Under the pieces are notes generated by a model. The model was given only the letters and a program-made list of their open reading frames with translations, ran no database searches and was not told the origin of the DNA. Positions 62,977 through 64,000 of a stretch of 64,000 nt of DNA are shown here, one piece after another. Position 1 is the stretch's first letter, and each line of letters starts with the position of its first letter. Made by a program: the position numbers and the translations under genes. Source of the DNA: Mobula hypostoma (taxonomy: Eukaryota); assembly GCF_963921235.1 (NCBI RefSeq), contig NC_086110.1, positions 10,478,001 to 10,542,000 of the forward strand. The letters are read 5' to 3'.

Positions 62977-63428
62977 TTACTGGTAACAATGATGTTATTG
63001 AGTGCCTGGGCAGACCTGTAGCACCTGGTCCATAGCTTTCTGCTAGAGTGCAGGTGCAGATGCTAATCCAAAAATAAGCCAATTATAGCGCTAAAGCCCT
63101 TTGTGAGTGTTTATGGTGAGAGACACTTTGGACTCTTCTTCCAATTCCATTTGTAGGTAGGCCTCAGTTCAGTCCACTTTGCTGAAGCTTTTCCCTCCAG
63201 AAAAGTTTACAAAGATATCCTCTGTTCTGGGCAGAGGGTATTGATCTATTTTCAGTACTGGGTAGATGGTGATTTTAAAATCACCACTGATCCTGAAAGA
63301 CCCATTTTTTTTTGGCTAGTGGGACAACTAGTATTGCCCATGGGCTCACTCAACCTCGGAAAGAATTCCTTCAGCCTTCATGCAATCTTGCTCACATTGC
63401 CACTTTATCACAATGGCACAAGGAACCA

Positions 63429-63639
63429 AACACGAGGAAATCTGCAGATGCTGGAATTTCAAGCAACACACATAAAAGTTGCTGGTGACCGCAGCAGGCC
63501 AGGCAGCATCTATAGGAAGAGGTACAATCGACGTTTCGGGCCAAGACCCTTCGAGGGTCTCGGCCCGAAACGTCAACTGTACCTCTTCCTATAGATGCTG
63601 CCTGGCCTGCTGCGTTCACCAGCAATTTTTATGTGTGTT
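63429..63639. mobile_element. Inverted dimer of Penelope-type terminal repeats
   Basis: 88-bp arms 63463-63550 and 63554-63641; TSD GCACAAGGAACCA 63416-63428 and 63640-63652. Confidence 0.8.
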
Positions 63640-64000
63640 GCACAAGGAACCAGATAGGCTTTGCAAAACTTGGATCTGGCATTTTCACTTAACACTATTT
63701 TACTCTTGATGTGTTTTGAGTTTTCCAGTGCCATCCTTCAACACTGCTGTGTCATCACCCAGTACCTTTCTTAATTTGCTTTCAGTTGTCTCTATTGTAG
63801 GGAGATGTGGGATGCAAATGGTGGATGGATCTTCAATCAAGTTGTAGTTGTCTCAGCCAATCACAGCACCATATTGCTGATATTACCACATAAAAGCCCA
63901 ATGTGGCTTGTTGGTTGTTGTATTTCATTGTTCATGCTATTCCCACAGGAGTTACCTTTTCTCCCTAAATTCTTAATTAGATATCTGTAGGCTTTAGTTC

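Larger units (their letters stand above)
61325..64000 (-). mobile_element. Gypsy/Ty3 LTR retrotransposon pol remnant (RT-RNase H-integrase)
   Basis: WQRIHVDFTGSFMG..VVVDAGTKWP (integrase); LITDHQPLV and LTHYDP (RNase H/connection); IIVT..EHLQNL (RT); order RT-RH-INT; runs off the window end. Confidence 0.85.

Overview
Vertebrate genomic DNA. The repeat landscape (CR1 tails of the TTCTATG type, Rex1/Babar, Penelope-terminal repeats, V- and CORE-type SINEs) suggests a cartilaginous fish such as a ray or shark; this is inference. The window holds one complete host gene, a TRIM71/lin-41-family TRIM-NHL gene on the + strand. It has four coding exons (10174-10959, 31600-31767, 44170-44304, 45357-46808; 846 aa from the Kozak ATG; all introns phase 0, GT-AG), a CpG-island promoter, and an apparently TE-free ~5.3 kb 3' UTR with two clusters of let-7 plus miR-125 (lin-4) seed sites. 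Almost every other ORF in the track is a retrotransposon fragment or its antisense shadow. The most notable observations are: (i) a divergent N-terminus/RING suggesting a second TRIM71 paralogue; (ii) short Penelope-type repeats whose consensus is a minimal hammerhead ribozyme, including an 88-bp inverted dimer with a 13-bp TSD; (iii) an LTR end followed by a tRNA-Pro-like primer-binding site; (iv) two SINEs with the same head but different tails. No CRISPR, rRNA or genuine tRNA gene was seen. I cannot show from sequence alone that any of these is undescribed.
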